Origin: Gemmatimonas sp.
Lineage (GTDB): Bacteria > Gemmatimonadota > Gemmatimonadetes > Gemmatimonadales > Gemmatimonadaceae
Direction: 5' to 3'
Length of the DNA stretch: 64,000 nt
Assembly: GCA_965279375.1 (NCBI GenBank)
Contig: OZ257156.1
Location: 3,488,001-3,552,000 of the forward strand
The notes beneath the pieces are model-generated. The model was given only the letters and a program-made list of their open reading frames with translations. It made no database searches and was not told the DNA's origin. The translations under genes and the position numbers were made by a program. Shown piece after piece: positions 21,677 through 30,180 of this stretch (position 1 is the first letter of the stretch; every line of letters begins with the position of its first letter).

Positions 21677-22842
21677 GCCTCGAAGGACGCATCCGCGACC
21701 TCGGCCTGCCGGAGGTCTGCCAGCTGCTCGGGGCGAGCCGCAAGACCGGCACGCTGCGCGTGCTCGCACCTCTTCGAGCCCGCGACGCCGAGATTCGGTT
21801 CATAAGTGGACAGATCGCCGACGCCCGACAGTGGCAGACTGACGTGCCTCTGAACGAGCTGCCGGCGTCGGTGCCTACGCCCGATGCTCGTGCGGTCGAG
21901 GCGTGCGTGCTCGAAGTCCTCACTTGGGGGGATGGCGAGTTCCAGTTTGTGGCCGAGAAGGGAGCTACCCGATCGGCCAGTCCGGTTCGATTGAACGTGG
22001 AGCCGCTGCTCGTTGAGGCGGCGCAACGCGCCGAGGTGTGGCAGCGCGTGCGCGATCGCATCGCGGGCCCGCAGGCAGTGCCTGCCTTCGTCGACATCGA
22101 TCCGCAACAGCTCCCATTGCTACGGCTCGTGCCGCAGGAGTGGGAAGTGCTCACCCGGGTCGATGGTGCGCGGGATCTGCAGGCGCTCGCCGCGGTGCTG
22201 GGGCGCAGTTTGCTCGACGTCGCGCAGATCGTGCACGCGCTCGTCGGCGCGGGCGTGCTCGCCATTCGCGATCTGACCATCGCGCCACGGCGACACCCCA
22301 CGCCGCCGACGCAGTTGGCCGTGCCGTCATGGCCGGACGCGTTCGATCCCGACGACGATGAGCGTGTGCTCGACGCCGGTGACCTTCTCGCCGACGCGTT
22401 CCGCGCCGACGCGCTCGACGCCGGAGATTCGAGTGACATCGACGACGCCGTCTTCGATCCGATTGCCGCTGGTGTGACGGATGCGGACGGAATTCCCCGT
22501 CGACTAACGCCGCGCACCACCGACGTTATCGCCGTTTCGGATCGAGTATTGCAGGCGGCGTCGACGCTCGAATTCCCCAGTGAAAATGCCGTTGCGTCCT
22601 CGCCAGTGCAGCAGTCCTTGTCGCAGGAGACGCGGCAACGTCGTGCCAGCGGGGTGAGCGCAGTGACGCTGTGCCTGCATGGTGACGATGCCGCCCGACA
22701 TGGTGACTTGGCGGGTGCGTTGACGTGCTGGAGTGCGGCGCTACGTGCCGATGCGACGTCCATCGACGCGGATCGGGTGCGCGAGGCGATTGCGCTTGCT
22801 GCTCGTCTGCACGCGTTGCTGCACCCGTCGGGACGAAGCTAG
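21673..22842 (+). CDS. DUF4388 (PATAN-like) domain protein
   Basis: LEGRIRDLGLPEVCQLLGASRKTGTL...W.DGEFQF...LLVEAA; then HTH-like segment EWEVLTRVDG and acidic linker. Confidence 0.8.
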   Translation: MSLEGRIRDLGLPEVCQLLGASRKTGTLRVLAPLRARDAEIRFISGQIADARQWQTDVPLNELPASVPTPDARAVEACVLEVLTWGDGEFQFVAEKGATRSASPVRLNVEPLLVEAAQRAEVWQRVRDRIAGPQAVPAFVDIDPQQLPLLRLVPQEWEVLTRVDGARDLQALAAVLGRSLLDVAQIVHALVGAGVLAIRDLTIAPRRHPTPPTQLAVPSWPDAFDPDDDERVLDAGDLLADAFRADALDAGDSSDIDDAVFDPIAAGVTDADGIPRRLTPRTTDVIAVSDRVLQAASTLEFPSENAVASSPVQQSLSQETRQRRASGVSAVTLCLHGDDAARHGDLAGALTCWSAALRADATSIDADRVREAIALAARLHALLHPSGRS

Positions 22843-22867
22843 AACGCAGTCAGAGAGGAGCGGGCGA

Positions 22868-23506
22868 ATGCCCATCGTAGATCACGCCACGCGGCTGATC
22901 ACATGCAAGCTGGTCTACTACGGACCGGGTCGATCGGGAAAGACGACGAACCTGACCTACCTGCACTCGGCGTTGCCGAGCGGGCAGGTGGGCTCGCTCA
23001 CGTCACTCGCGACTCGCCGCGACCGCACGCTCTTCTTCGACTACCTGCCGGTGGATCTCGGAACGGTCGGCGCGTACAAGGTGCGCTTTCAGCTCTACAC
23101 CGTTCCCGGCCAGCCGTACTACCGCAGCATTCGCCAGCTTGTGCTGCAGGGCGCTGACGGCGTCGCGTTCGTTGCGGACAGCCAGCGCCATCGCTGGGAA
23201 GACAACATCGACAGCATGCAGGACATGCACGCGAACCTGGCCGAGCACGGCATCGACGCGCGCGCGCTCCCGATGGTCATGCAGTACAACAAGCAGGATC
23301 TTCCGCCATCGCTGGCGGCCACCGTCCCCGAGCTGTCGCGCGCGCTGAACTTTCGCGGCGTTCCTGAGTTCGGCGCCGACGCTCCGAATGGCATCGGCGT
23401 GTTCGACACGCTGCGCGCACTCGGCATGCGCGTGCTGCGTCGCCTTGGCGCCGACAGCGCAGCGGAAGACGAACGGCATGACGGCATCACGGCAGGTGCG
23501 GCATGA
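22868..23506 (+). CDS. mglA: MglA-family small Ras-like GTPase
   Basis: KLVYYGPGRSGKTTNL, DRTLFFDYLP, QLYTVPGQ, DGVAFVADS, QYNKQDL, all MglA signatures; AGAGGAG RBS. Confidence 0.9.
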   Translation: MPIVDHATRLITCKLVYYGPGRSGKTTNLTYLHSALPSGQVGSLTSLATRRDRTLFFDYLPVDLGTVGAYKVRFQLYTVPGQPYYRSIRQLVLQGADGVAFVADSQRHRWEDNIDSMQDMHANLAEHGIDARALPMVMQYNKQDLPPSLAATVPELSRALNFRGVPEFGADAPNGIGVFDTLRALGMRVLRRLGADSAAEDERHDGITAGAA

Positions 23507-25467
23507 CACCGCACCCGGAGGAGCCGGCCTACCGCTTCGACAACTTCGTGGTGGGCGCGTCAAACCGACTCGCGTCGTCCGCAGCCATGGCCGTGGCCGA
23601 TGCACCGGGGGCGGCGTACAATCCGTTGTTCGTCTACGGGGACTCGGGGCTGGGCAAGACGCATCTCGTCGCGGCGATCGCCCATCGCGCGCTGGCGTCG
23701 CGTCCGGAGTTGCGTGTCGAACTGAGTAGCGGTGAGGAGCTGGCCGAGCGATTGCACCAGGCGATCGCGACCGGGCAACAGGAGCAGTTCACCGAGCGCT
23801 ATCGACAGGTGCAGCTGCTGGTGCTCGATGACGTGCAGTTTCTCGCCGGCCAGCGGGAGACGCAGAGTGAGTTGCTGCGGCTGTTCAATCTCATGCAGGG
23901 CGCCGGCCGTCAACTGGTGATGACCAGTGATCGACCACCCAGCGAAATCCCGGACGTCGATCAGCGCCTGCTGTCGCGCTTCTCCGGTGGGTTGATCGTG
24001 GATGTGGGCGCGCCCGATTACGAGATGCGTCTGGCCATTCTGCGAAACGCGGCCGACGTACGTGCCCTGCAGTTTGGCGACGGCGTGCTCGAGGAAATGG
24101 CGCGACTTGCCTTCGGCAACGTGCGTGAACTCAAGGGCGCGCTGAACAAGATCACGGCATTCCAGCAGCTCGATGGCACGGTCATCACGCCCAATGACGT
24201 GCGCGCCGTGCTGGGCGAGCGCGCGTCGGTGGCGTCCGCTCCCGACCGTCGCGACGTCGCGCCGACGATGCTTGGCGCGGAGTATGAAGGCTTCCTCGCC
24301 GATGTGCTGCAGGAGGTCGAGACGCGCGTGGAGAAGTGGCGCGTGGTGTTGGGTGAAGCCTGCAGCTATTGGCGTGCGGAAGGGTTTGTCACGCAGGTAT
24401 TGGAGCGTGCGGTCGCGCATCCTGTCCAGCCCGACGTGAACGGACTGCTCGCCACGTTCAGCGCGGCGGTCGAGCATCTGCGCGCGATCGAGGCGCAGGC
24501 GGTGCTCCTCGATCCTGCGCTCCGCGGCCACAGTGCCTTTCGCAATCCCGAAGCGGTGGCGGAAGCGCAGGCGTTGCTCGATCGTGCGATGGCGACTGCC
24601 ATTCCGCTGCCTGCGCCCAATGCGGCGTTTACACGAGATGCTCTTGAAGTGGGCAGCGCCAATCAACTGGCGCTCAAGGCCTTCGACGCCGTGGTCGAGC
24701 ATCCGGGCGCGCGCTACAACCCGCTCTTCGTGCACGGCCCGAGTGGAGTGGGGAAGACGCACGTGCTGCACGCATTGGGCAATGCCATGCGCGCGGCGTG
24801 GCCCGAGAAGGCGATCGCGTGCGTGACCGGCGTGGCCTTCGGGGACGAATTGGTGCAGGCGCTGCAGGAGGGCGGGGTGGAGCGGTGGCGTGCGCGCTAT
24901 CGCGCCGCTGACGTGCTGCTGGTGGACGATGTCCATTCTCTGCGCGACCTCGAGCGGACGCAGGAAGAACTCTTCCACCTCTTCAATCACGTGTACGATC
25001 GCGGGGGGCAGATCGTGCTCACGGCCGATCGTCCTCCGCGTGAGTTGACGGGCTTTGCCGATCGACTGCGGTCGCGATTCGAAGGCGGCCTGGTGGTGGC
25101 GATGCATGGCCCCGATCGCGCACTCCGCGAACGACTCGTCTCGCGCTGGCTCGCTGAAGCGGCTGCTGAGCCCACGCAGGAGTTGGTCGCGATGCTCGCT
25201 GATCGCGACGTCAGCAGCGTGCGCGAGCTCAACGGACTCTTCAAGCGCATCGAAGCCGCCTCCGATCTGAACGGTTTTGCGATCAGCCTCGAGTCCGCGC
25301 AGCGCGCACTCGGCATTCAGCCGACGCGCGTCACCCGTCGTGTGCCCACACGTGTCCTATCCACCGGCGCGGACGGAGTGTCCATCGACGACTTCTTTCT
25401 CGATCGCGAGAAGATGATTCTCGATTGGCCCGAGATCGGCGGACGCGTGATCGAGGAGCTGCGCTGA
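23503..25467 (+). CDS. DnaA/Hda-family protein with two tandem DnaA AAA+ domains, lacking DnaA domains I and IV
   Basis: Two copies of YNPLF..G..G.GKTH, DDV, T.DRPP, RL.SRF.GGL and .VREL.G; no C-terminal HTH 'RDHTTV' motif. Confidence 0.88.
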   Translation: MTPHPEEPAYRFDNFVVGASNRLASSAAMAVADAPGAAYNPLFVYGDSGLGKTHLVAAIAHRALASRPELRVELSSGEELAERLHQAIATGQQEQFTERYRQVQLLVLDDVQFLAGQRETQSELLRLFNLMQGAGRQLVMTSDRPPSEIPDVDQRLLSRFSGGLIVDVGAPDYEMRLAILRNAADVRALQFGDGVLEEMARLAFGNVRELKGALNKITAFQQLDGTVITPNDVRAVLGERASVASAPDRRDVAPTMLGAEYEGFLADVLQEVETRVEKWRVVLGEACSYWRAEGFVTQVLERAVAHPVQPDVNGLLATFSAAVEHLRAIEAQAVLLDPALRGHSAFRNPEAVAEAQALLDRAMATAIPLPAPNAAFTRDALEVGSANQLALKAFDAVVEHPGARYNPLFVHGPSGVGKTHVLHALGNAMRAAWPEKAIACVTGVAFGDELVQALQEGGVERWRARYRAADVLLVDDVHSLRDLERTQEELFHLFNHVYDRGGQIVLTADRPPRELTGFADRLRSRFEGGLVVAMHGPDRALRERLVSRWLAEAAAEPTQELVAMLADRDVSSVRELNGLFKRIEAASDLNGFAISLESAQRALGIQPTRVTRRVPTRVLSTGADGVSIDDFFLDREKMILDWPEIGGRVIEELR

Positions 25468-27188
25468 TGGCCATCCGCGGCAACTTGAATGAGGCGAGTC
25501 TCGCCGACGTGCTGCAGCTCCTGGCCCTTGGTCAAAAGACCGGATGCCTCAGCGTGGCACGCGAAGGCAGCTTCGGCACCATCCACTTCGACGGTGGACG
25601 CATCGTCTTCGCGTCCATCGTCAACCGGCGCGATCGCCTTGGCGATCGGCTGGTACGCAACGGTGCTATCGCCGCCGATACGCTGGCGCGACTGGTGGGC
25701 ACCGCAGCGCCCAACGACGATCGAGCACTCGCTGTGGCGTTGCTCGATCGCGGTCTCGTGGACTTCGACCAGCTCGAAGCGATCTACCGGGTACACGTCG
25801 AAGAGTCGGTCTACTTCCTGCTCGGTTGGACACAGGGGACGTTCACCTTCGAGGCTGCGCCGCGCGCCGACGAGTCGGACATCCTCGTTTCCATCAGCGC
25901 AGATTCGCTGCTGCTGGAGGGGGCTCGTCGCGTCGACGAGTGGACGCTGGTCGCGAAGAAGATCCCGAGTCTCGATCTGATCTTCGAAGCGGACATCACG
26001 CGTCTCGCCGGCCGCGAGGCGCCGCTGAGCGCGACGCAGGAGAAGCTGCTGCCACTGCTCGATGGCACGCAGGACGTCAACAGCATCATCGAACGTTCTG
26101 GGCTCGGCGAGTTTGAGGTAGGCAAGGCGCTCTTCGGCTTGCTGACCGCGGGATACGTGCAGCGTGTCGGGCGCAGCGCGGCACGGCGTCCGCCGCCGCC
26201 AGAGAGCCGTGTGGCGGAGCACCGAAACCTTGGCGTCGCGTTCTATCGCACGGGGCTGTACGACGAGGCGCAGCGGGAATTCCGCCGCGTGCTCGAACTG
26301 CGCGACAGCGACAGTGCGGCGCGATTCCACTTGGGTCTCGTGCATCTGCGTCGCGGCGAGTGGGATGAAGCCGTCTCGGTGCTCCAGCGAGCCACCGCGG
26401 AACCGGACGCGCCGGCCGCGGCCTTTCACAATCTCGCGTACGCCTGCGAGCGGCTCGGACGATTGGACGATGCCCGAGCCATGCTGGCCGAGTCGGAGCG
26501 TCGTCAGACCGCGGGCGACCCGCGCACCCAGCTGTCGTTGGCAATCGTCGCGCTGACGGCGGGTGAGTTGGTGGCGGCGGAATCGCACTTGGCGTCGGCG
26601 CGCGAGCTCTGGGGCGCGCGCCAGCCGTCGGCGGCGTGGTTTCACGCGGCGGGGCTCACGGCGGCGCTCGCCGGCGACTTGCCACGCGCCACGCGCGTGC
26701 TGGAGGAAGGGATCGGCATGCACCCCCATGCGGCGACCTTGCACAACAATCTCGCGGTGGTGCACGAACGCCGTGGCAGCTACGAACTCGCTGCTCGTAC
26801 CATCGAGCACGCGCTGCTGGAGGACGCCAACGCTGCGCATCTGCACAAGAACCTTGGCGACTATCTGTATCGAGCGCAGAGGTACGACGAGGCGTTCGAG
26901 GCATTCACACGCGTCGTGCGCCTCGACGCCACGCACGGCGCCGATGTGCACCTCAAGCTTGGCAACATTCTCTATCGCCGCGGGGAGCTGCGTGACGCGC
27001 AACTCGCCTGGGAGCGGGCACAAGTGATCGAGCCACACAACGCTATCGTGCGAGCCAATCTCGACGCATTGGGACGTGCCGACCTTCGCGAGTCTTCGCG
27101 CGGGAGCCGGGCCACTTCACCCGCGCTGCGCACGGTCACTGATCCGTCGCCCGCGTCAACGACAGCGATGGCCGAGGAAGCGGCATGA
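25467..27188 (+). CDS. DUF4388 + TPR-repeat protein
   Basis: IRGNLNEASLADVLQLLALGQKTGCL...WTQGTFTF...LLLEGARRVDEW, followed by multiple TPRs. Confidence 0.82.
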   Translation: MAIRGNLNEASLADVLQLLALGQKTGCLSVAREGSFGTIHFDGGRIVFASIVNRRDRLGDRLVRNGAIAADTLARLVGTAAPNDDRALAVALLDRGLVDFDQLEAIYRVHVEESVYFLLGWTQGTFTFEAAPRADESDILVSISADSLLLEGARRVDEWTLVAKKIPSLDLIFEADITRLAGREAPLSATQEKLLPLLDGTQDVNSIIERSGLGEFEVGKALFGLLTAGYVQRVGRSAARRPPPPESRVAEHRNLGVAFYRTGLYDEAQREFRRVLELRDSDSAARFHLGLVHLRRGEWDEAVSVLQRATAEPDAPAAAFHNLAYACERLGRLDDARAMLAESERRQTAGDPRTQLSLAIVALTAGELVAAESHLASARELWGARQPSAAWFHAAGLTAALAGDLPRATRVLEEGIGMHPHAATLHNNLAVVHERRGSYELAARTIEHALLEDANAAHLHKNLGDYLYRAQRYDEAFEAFTRVVRLDATHGADVHLKLGNILYRRGELRDAQLAWERAQVIEPHNAIVRANLDALGRADLRESSRGSRATSPALRTVTDPSPASTTAMAEEAA

Positions 27189-27664
27189 GCGAAATCCAGG
27201 TTCGTATTGCCGACTATGCGGTGGCCGGCAGTGAGTCGGTGCTCGTGACCAACGGCATCGGCTCGTGTGTCGCGATCGCGCTGTATGAGCGCGAGGCGCG
27301 GGTGGGAGCGCTGGCGCACATTCTGCTCCCCAACGAGGTGCTCACCGCGTCGCAGGAACCGCCGGGCAAGTGCGCATCATCGGCGATTCCGGTGATGGTG
27401 CGGCGCATGCGTGAGCTCAAGGGCACTGGTGAGATCCAGGCGCGGCTGATTGGCGGCGCCAGCATGTTCGCGCCTTTGCTGATTCCCGGTGCGCTCTCGC
27501 TCGGCGCGCGGAACATCGCAGCCGCGCGGGCCGCACTCGCTGCGGCGGACATTCCCGTGGTGGGCGAAGACGTCGGCGGCGATCACGGACGGTCGGTGCA
27601 CTTCGCGCTCGAGGATGGCAGTCTGTTGGTCAGGTCCGTGGCGAAGGGCGATGTCCGACTCTAG
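27185..27664 (+). CDS. cheD: Chemoreceptor glutamine deamidase CheD
   Basis: TNGIGSCVAI (catalytic Cys), AHILLP (His), GGASMF, GARN, DVGG..GR. Confidence 0.9.
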   Translation: MSEIQVRIADYAVAGSESVLVTNGIGSCVAIALYEREARVGALAHILLPNEVLTASQEPPGKCASSAIPVMVRRMRELKGTGEIQARLIGGASMFAPLLIPGALSLGARNIAAARAALAAADIPVVGEDVGGDHGRSVHFALEDGSLLVRSVAKGDVRL

Positions 27665-28793
27665 CGCTCCACTTCGTCGCGTCGGCGAGGGCTCCCGGCC
27701 ACGCGTGCTCGTCGTGGACGACAGCGCGTTCATGCGTCGCATCGTCAGTGATGTCGTTGCATCGAGCGGCGAGTTCGAAGTGGTGGGGACGGCGCGCGAC
27801 GGCGTGGATGCGTTGCGACAGGTGACGCGCCTCGATCCAGACATCGTCACGCTCGACGTGGACATGCCCGAGATGGATGGCTTGTCCGTGCTGCGCTGCA
27901 TCATGCAGGAGAATCCGCGCGCCGTCGTCATGCTCAGTGCAGGTGGAGCAGATGGCGGGGCTGATGCGACGCTGCGCGCGCTGGAACTCGGCGCCGTGGA
28001 GTTCGTGCGCAAACCGTCGGGAGCGATCAGTCTGGATCTCGAAGACGTGTCGGAGCAGCTGCTCGACGCACTCCGCGCCGCCGCGTGCATCAACCTCGAT
28101 ATTCTTCCGCGCCCGGTCGATCGCGGTGCTATCGCCGTGGAGTTGCCGCCGCACCAGCAGCACTCAGGACGTCGGGCCACGCAGCTCGTGTGCATCGCGG
28201 CCTCCACGGGTGGCCCTGCGGCACTGGCCAAGGTCATTCCCAAGCTGCCGCGGTTTGCGCAGACGGCGGTTGTGATCGTGCAGCACATGCCCGCCGGATT
28301 CACCGCGAGCTTCGCCGCACGGTTACGCGGCGCCTCGCGCCTGCCGGTGCACGAGGCGCGCAATGGCGATGCGTTGTTTGCGGGGCACGTCTATGTCGCG
28401 CCGGGCGGCTTTCATCTGCGTGTGGGCGGTCCGGCCGGTCTGCCGGCGCTCTTTCTGGACTGCGGCCCGACGGAATGGGGCGTGCGCCCTGCCGCCGATC
28501 CGCTGTTCAAGTCTGCGGTGCCGTACTTCGGCGCGGCGATCATTGGCGTGGTCATGACCGGCATGGGCTGCGACGGCGCGGCTGGCTTGGCCGCCGTGCG
28601 CAACGCTGGCGGTCTGGCGCTCATTCAGCAGCGCGATACGGCCGTGATTCCCGGCATGCCCGATGCCGCGCTGCGCACCGCAGGTGCCGATCGCATTGTC
28701 ACGCTGGACGAAATGGCAGACGCGATCGTCGAGTGCAACGCTCTGCGCGAGTCGAGTGCGAGCGATTCGTCGCTCTTCGAGGTCGCGTCGTGA
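27651..28793 (+). CDS. cheB: CheB methylesterase (REC + esterase)
   Basis: VVDDSAFMR, TLDVDMP; ASTGGP, VQHMP, TGMGCDG (Ser-His-Asp triad). Confidence 0.93.
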   Translation: MSDSSAPLRRVGEGSRPRVLVVDDSAFMRRIVSDVVASSGEFEVVGTARDGVDALRQVTRLDPDIVTLDVDMPEMDGLSVLRCIMQENPRAVVMLSAGGADGGADATLRALELGAVEFVRKPSGAISLDLEDVSEQLLDALRAAACINLDILPRPVDRGAIAVELPPHQQHSGRRATQLVCIAASTGGPAALAKVIPKLPRFAQTAVVIVQHMPAGFTASFAARLRGASRLPVHEARNGDALFAGHVYVAPGGFHLRVGGPAGLPALFLDCGPTEWGVRPAADPLFKSAVPYFGAAIIGVVMTGMGCDGAAGLAAVRNAGGLALIQQRDTAVIPGMPDAALRTAGADRIVTLDEMADAIVECNALRESSASDSSLFEVAS

Positions 28794-29323
28794 GCACCGG
28801 TCAGTTCCGCTCGACGACCATGTTCGCGCCCCGCGCCCGCGCATCGGTTCCAGCGGTGGATCGCGCGACGTTCGTTGTCTTTGCGATGGCCGATCGGCGC
28901 TTCGCCGTGCCGGTCGAATCGGTGGAGCGGGTGCTGCGGGACTCGGTGGCGGCAGGTCCGGCGACCACTGCTGCGTCGGTGAACTACGGTGGCCAGTCGT
29001 ATGCCGTGGCCGATCTGGCCAGCGCGCTCGGTGTGGAGTTTGCACCCACGGCGGCGTCGCGTGTGCTGGTGCTGTCGGGCGGTGGAGAGCATCGCGCGGT
29101 GATCGTGGATCGGGTGCTGGAAGTCGCCACGATCGATGCCGGTATCGTGGAGGCGGCGGACGCGGTGCACGACGGGATCGCGGCGCTGCCGAACGCGGGC
29201 GTGCGCGGCGTCTTCACACGCAATGGCGCAGCGGTGATTGTTCTCGATGTCTCGCGCCTCCTCGACGAGACGTTGCACACCGCCCACGGCCCCGCCGCTT
29301 TCCGCAAGGAACGTTCGTCATGA
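28790..29323 (+). CDS. cheW: Second CheW-like protein
   Basis: FVVFAMADRRFAVPVESVERVL, VADLASALG, AVIVDRVLEV, IVLDVSRLL; GTG overlaps cheB stop. Confidence 0.72.
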   Translation: MSTGQFRSTTMFAPRARASVPAVDRATFVVFAMADRRFAVPVESVERVLRDSVAAGPATTAASVNYGGQSYAVADLASALGVEFAPTAASRVLVLSGGGEHRAVIVDRVLEVATIDAGIVEAADAVHDGIAALPNAGVRGVFTRNGAAVIVLDVSRLLDETLHTAHGPAAFRKERSS

Positions 29324-30180
29324 CGAGCAGCCCGCTGTCCGAACTGCAATCGCTGCGCGCACGACAGGCCGCGATCGCGTCGGCCTTGTCGGCCAGCCCC
29401 AGCGCGGAATCGCGAGCACAACTCAAGCAGGACATCATCGCGCTCTTTCGCGAGACCGATGCGGTCTACGCAGCGCTGGGCGAGCTAAAGTCCGACGTGA
29501 AGGCGTTGGCGGAGACGTGGAAGCAATTGGACGGCCGAAGCGCATCCAGTCCGCACGCCGGCGTCTCATCGCGGGTCGATCACTTGGGCGCGTCGACCTT
29601 CGTCGAGAAGGGGTGGTCCAAGCTCTCGCTCGGCGATGCGGCAGGCGCTGAAGTGGCGCTGCGGCGCGCGTTGGAACTGGCGCCGGCGGATGACGAAGCG
29701 GAAACGCTGCTCGGCTGGGCGCAGATGCTCCAGGAGCAGTATGACAGTGCGTTGCTCACGTTCCACAACGTGCTCATGCGCGACCCGCAGAACACGCTTG
29801 CCCGCACGAACGTGGGATTCATCTGTCTGCGCAAGAAGAGCTACGGCGAAGCCATCGAACATCTTTCGCGCGCCATTCGCATCGACAGCGATCGCAAGGC
29901 CACGCTGTACGCTCATCTCTATCTCGGCATGGTCTACCGCGAGCGTGAGATGTACGCCGACGCAGAACTGTTCTTCCGCAAGGCGATCGAGCTCGGACCG
30001 AATCTGATTCAGGCGTGGTACGAATTGGGTCGTGCCCGCTGGTTCGCCGGGGAGCACGCCGGTGCGCGCGATGCGTGGCGTGCCGGTGCGGAGGCCAACA
30101 AGTTCAATCCATGGGGAAAGCGCTGCGCCGAAACGCTGGAGTCGGTCGATCGTGGGGAGGCTCCGCCGCGCGACGCGTAG
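29320..30180 (+). CDS. Coiled-coil + TPR-repeat protein
   Basis: N-terminal amphipathic helices, then TPRs (ARTNVGFI, AHLYLGMVY, AWYELGRA). Confidence 0.8.
   Translation: MTSSPLSELQSLRARQAAIASALSASPSAESRAQLKQDIIALFRETDAVYAALGELKSDVKALAETWKQLDGRSASSPHAGVSSRVDHLGASTFVEKGWSKLSLGDAAGAEVALRRALELAPADDEAETLLGWAQMLQEQYDSALLTFHNVLMRDPQNTLARTNVGFICLRKKSYGEAIEHLSRAIRIDSDRKATLYAHLYLGMVYREREMYADAELFFRKAIELGPNLIQAWYELGRARWFAGEHAGARDAWRAGAEANKFNPWGKRCAETLESVDRGEAPPRDA

Noticed and set aside
23503..25467. Calling this the chromosomal initiator dnaA or marking oriC here
   Set aside because: Domains I and IV are absent, the AAA+ module is duplicated, and there are no dnaN/recF/gyrB neighbours or flanking intergenic DnaA boxes
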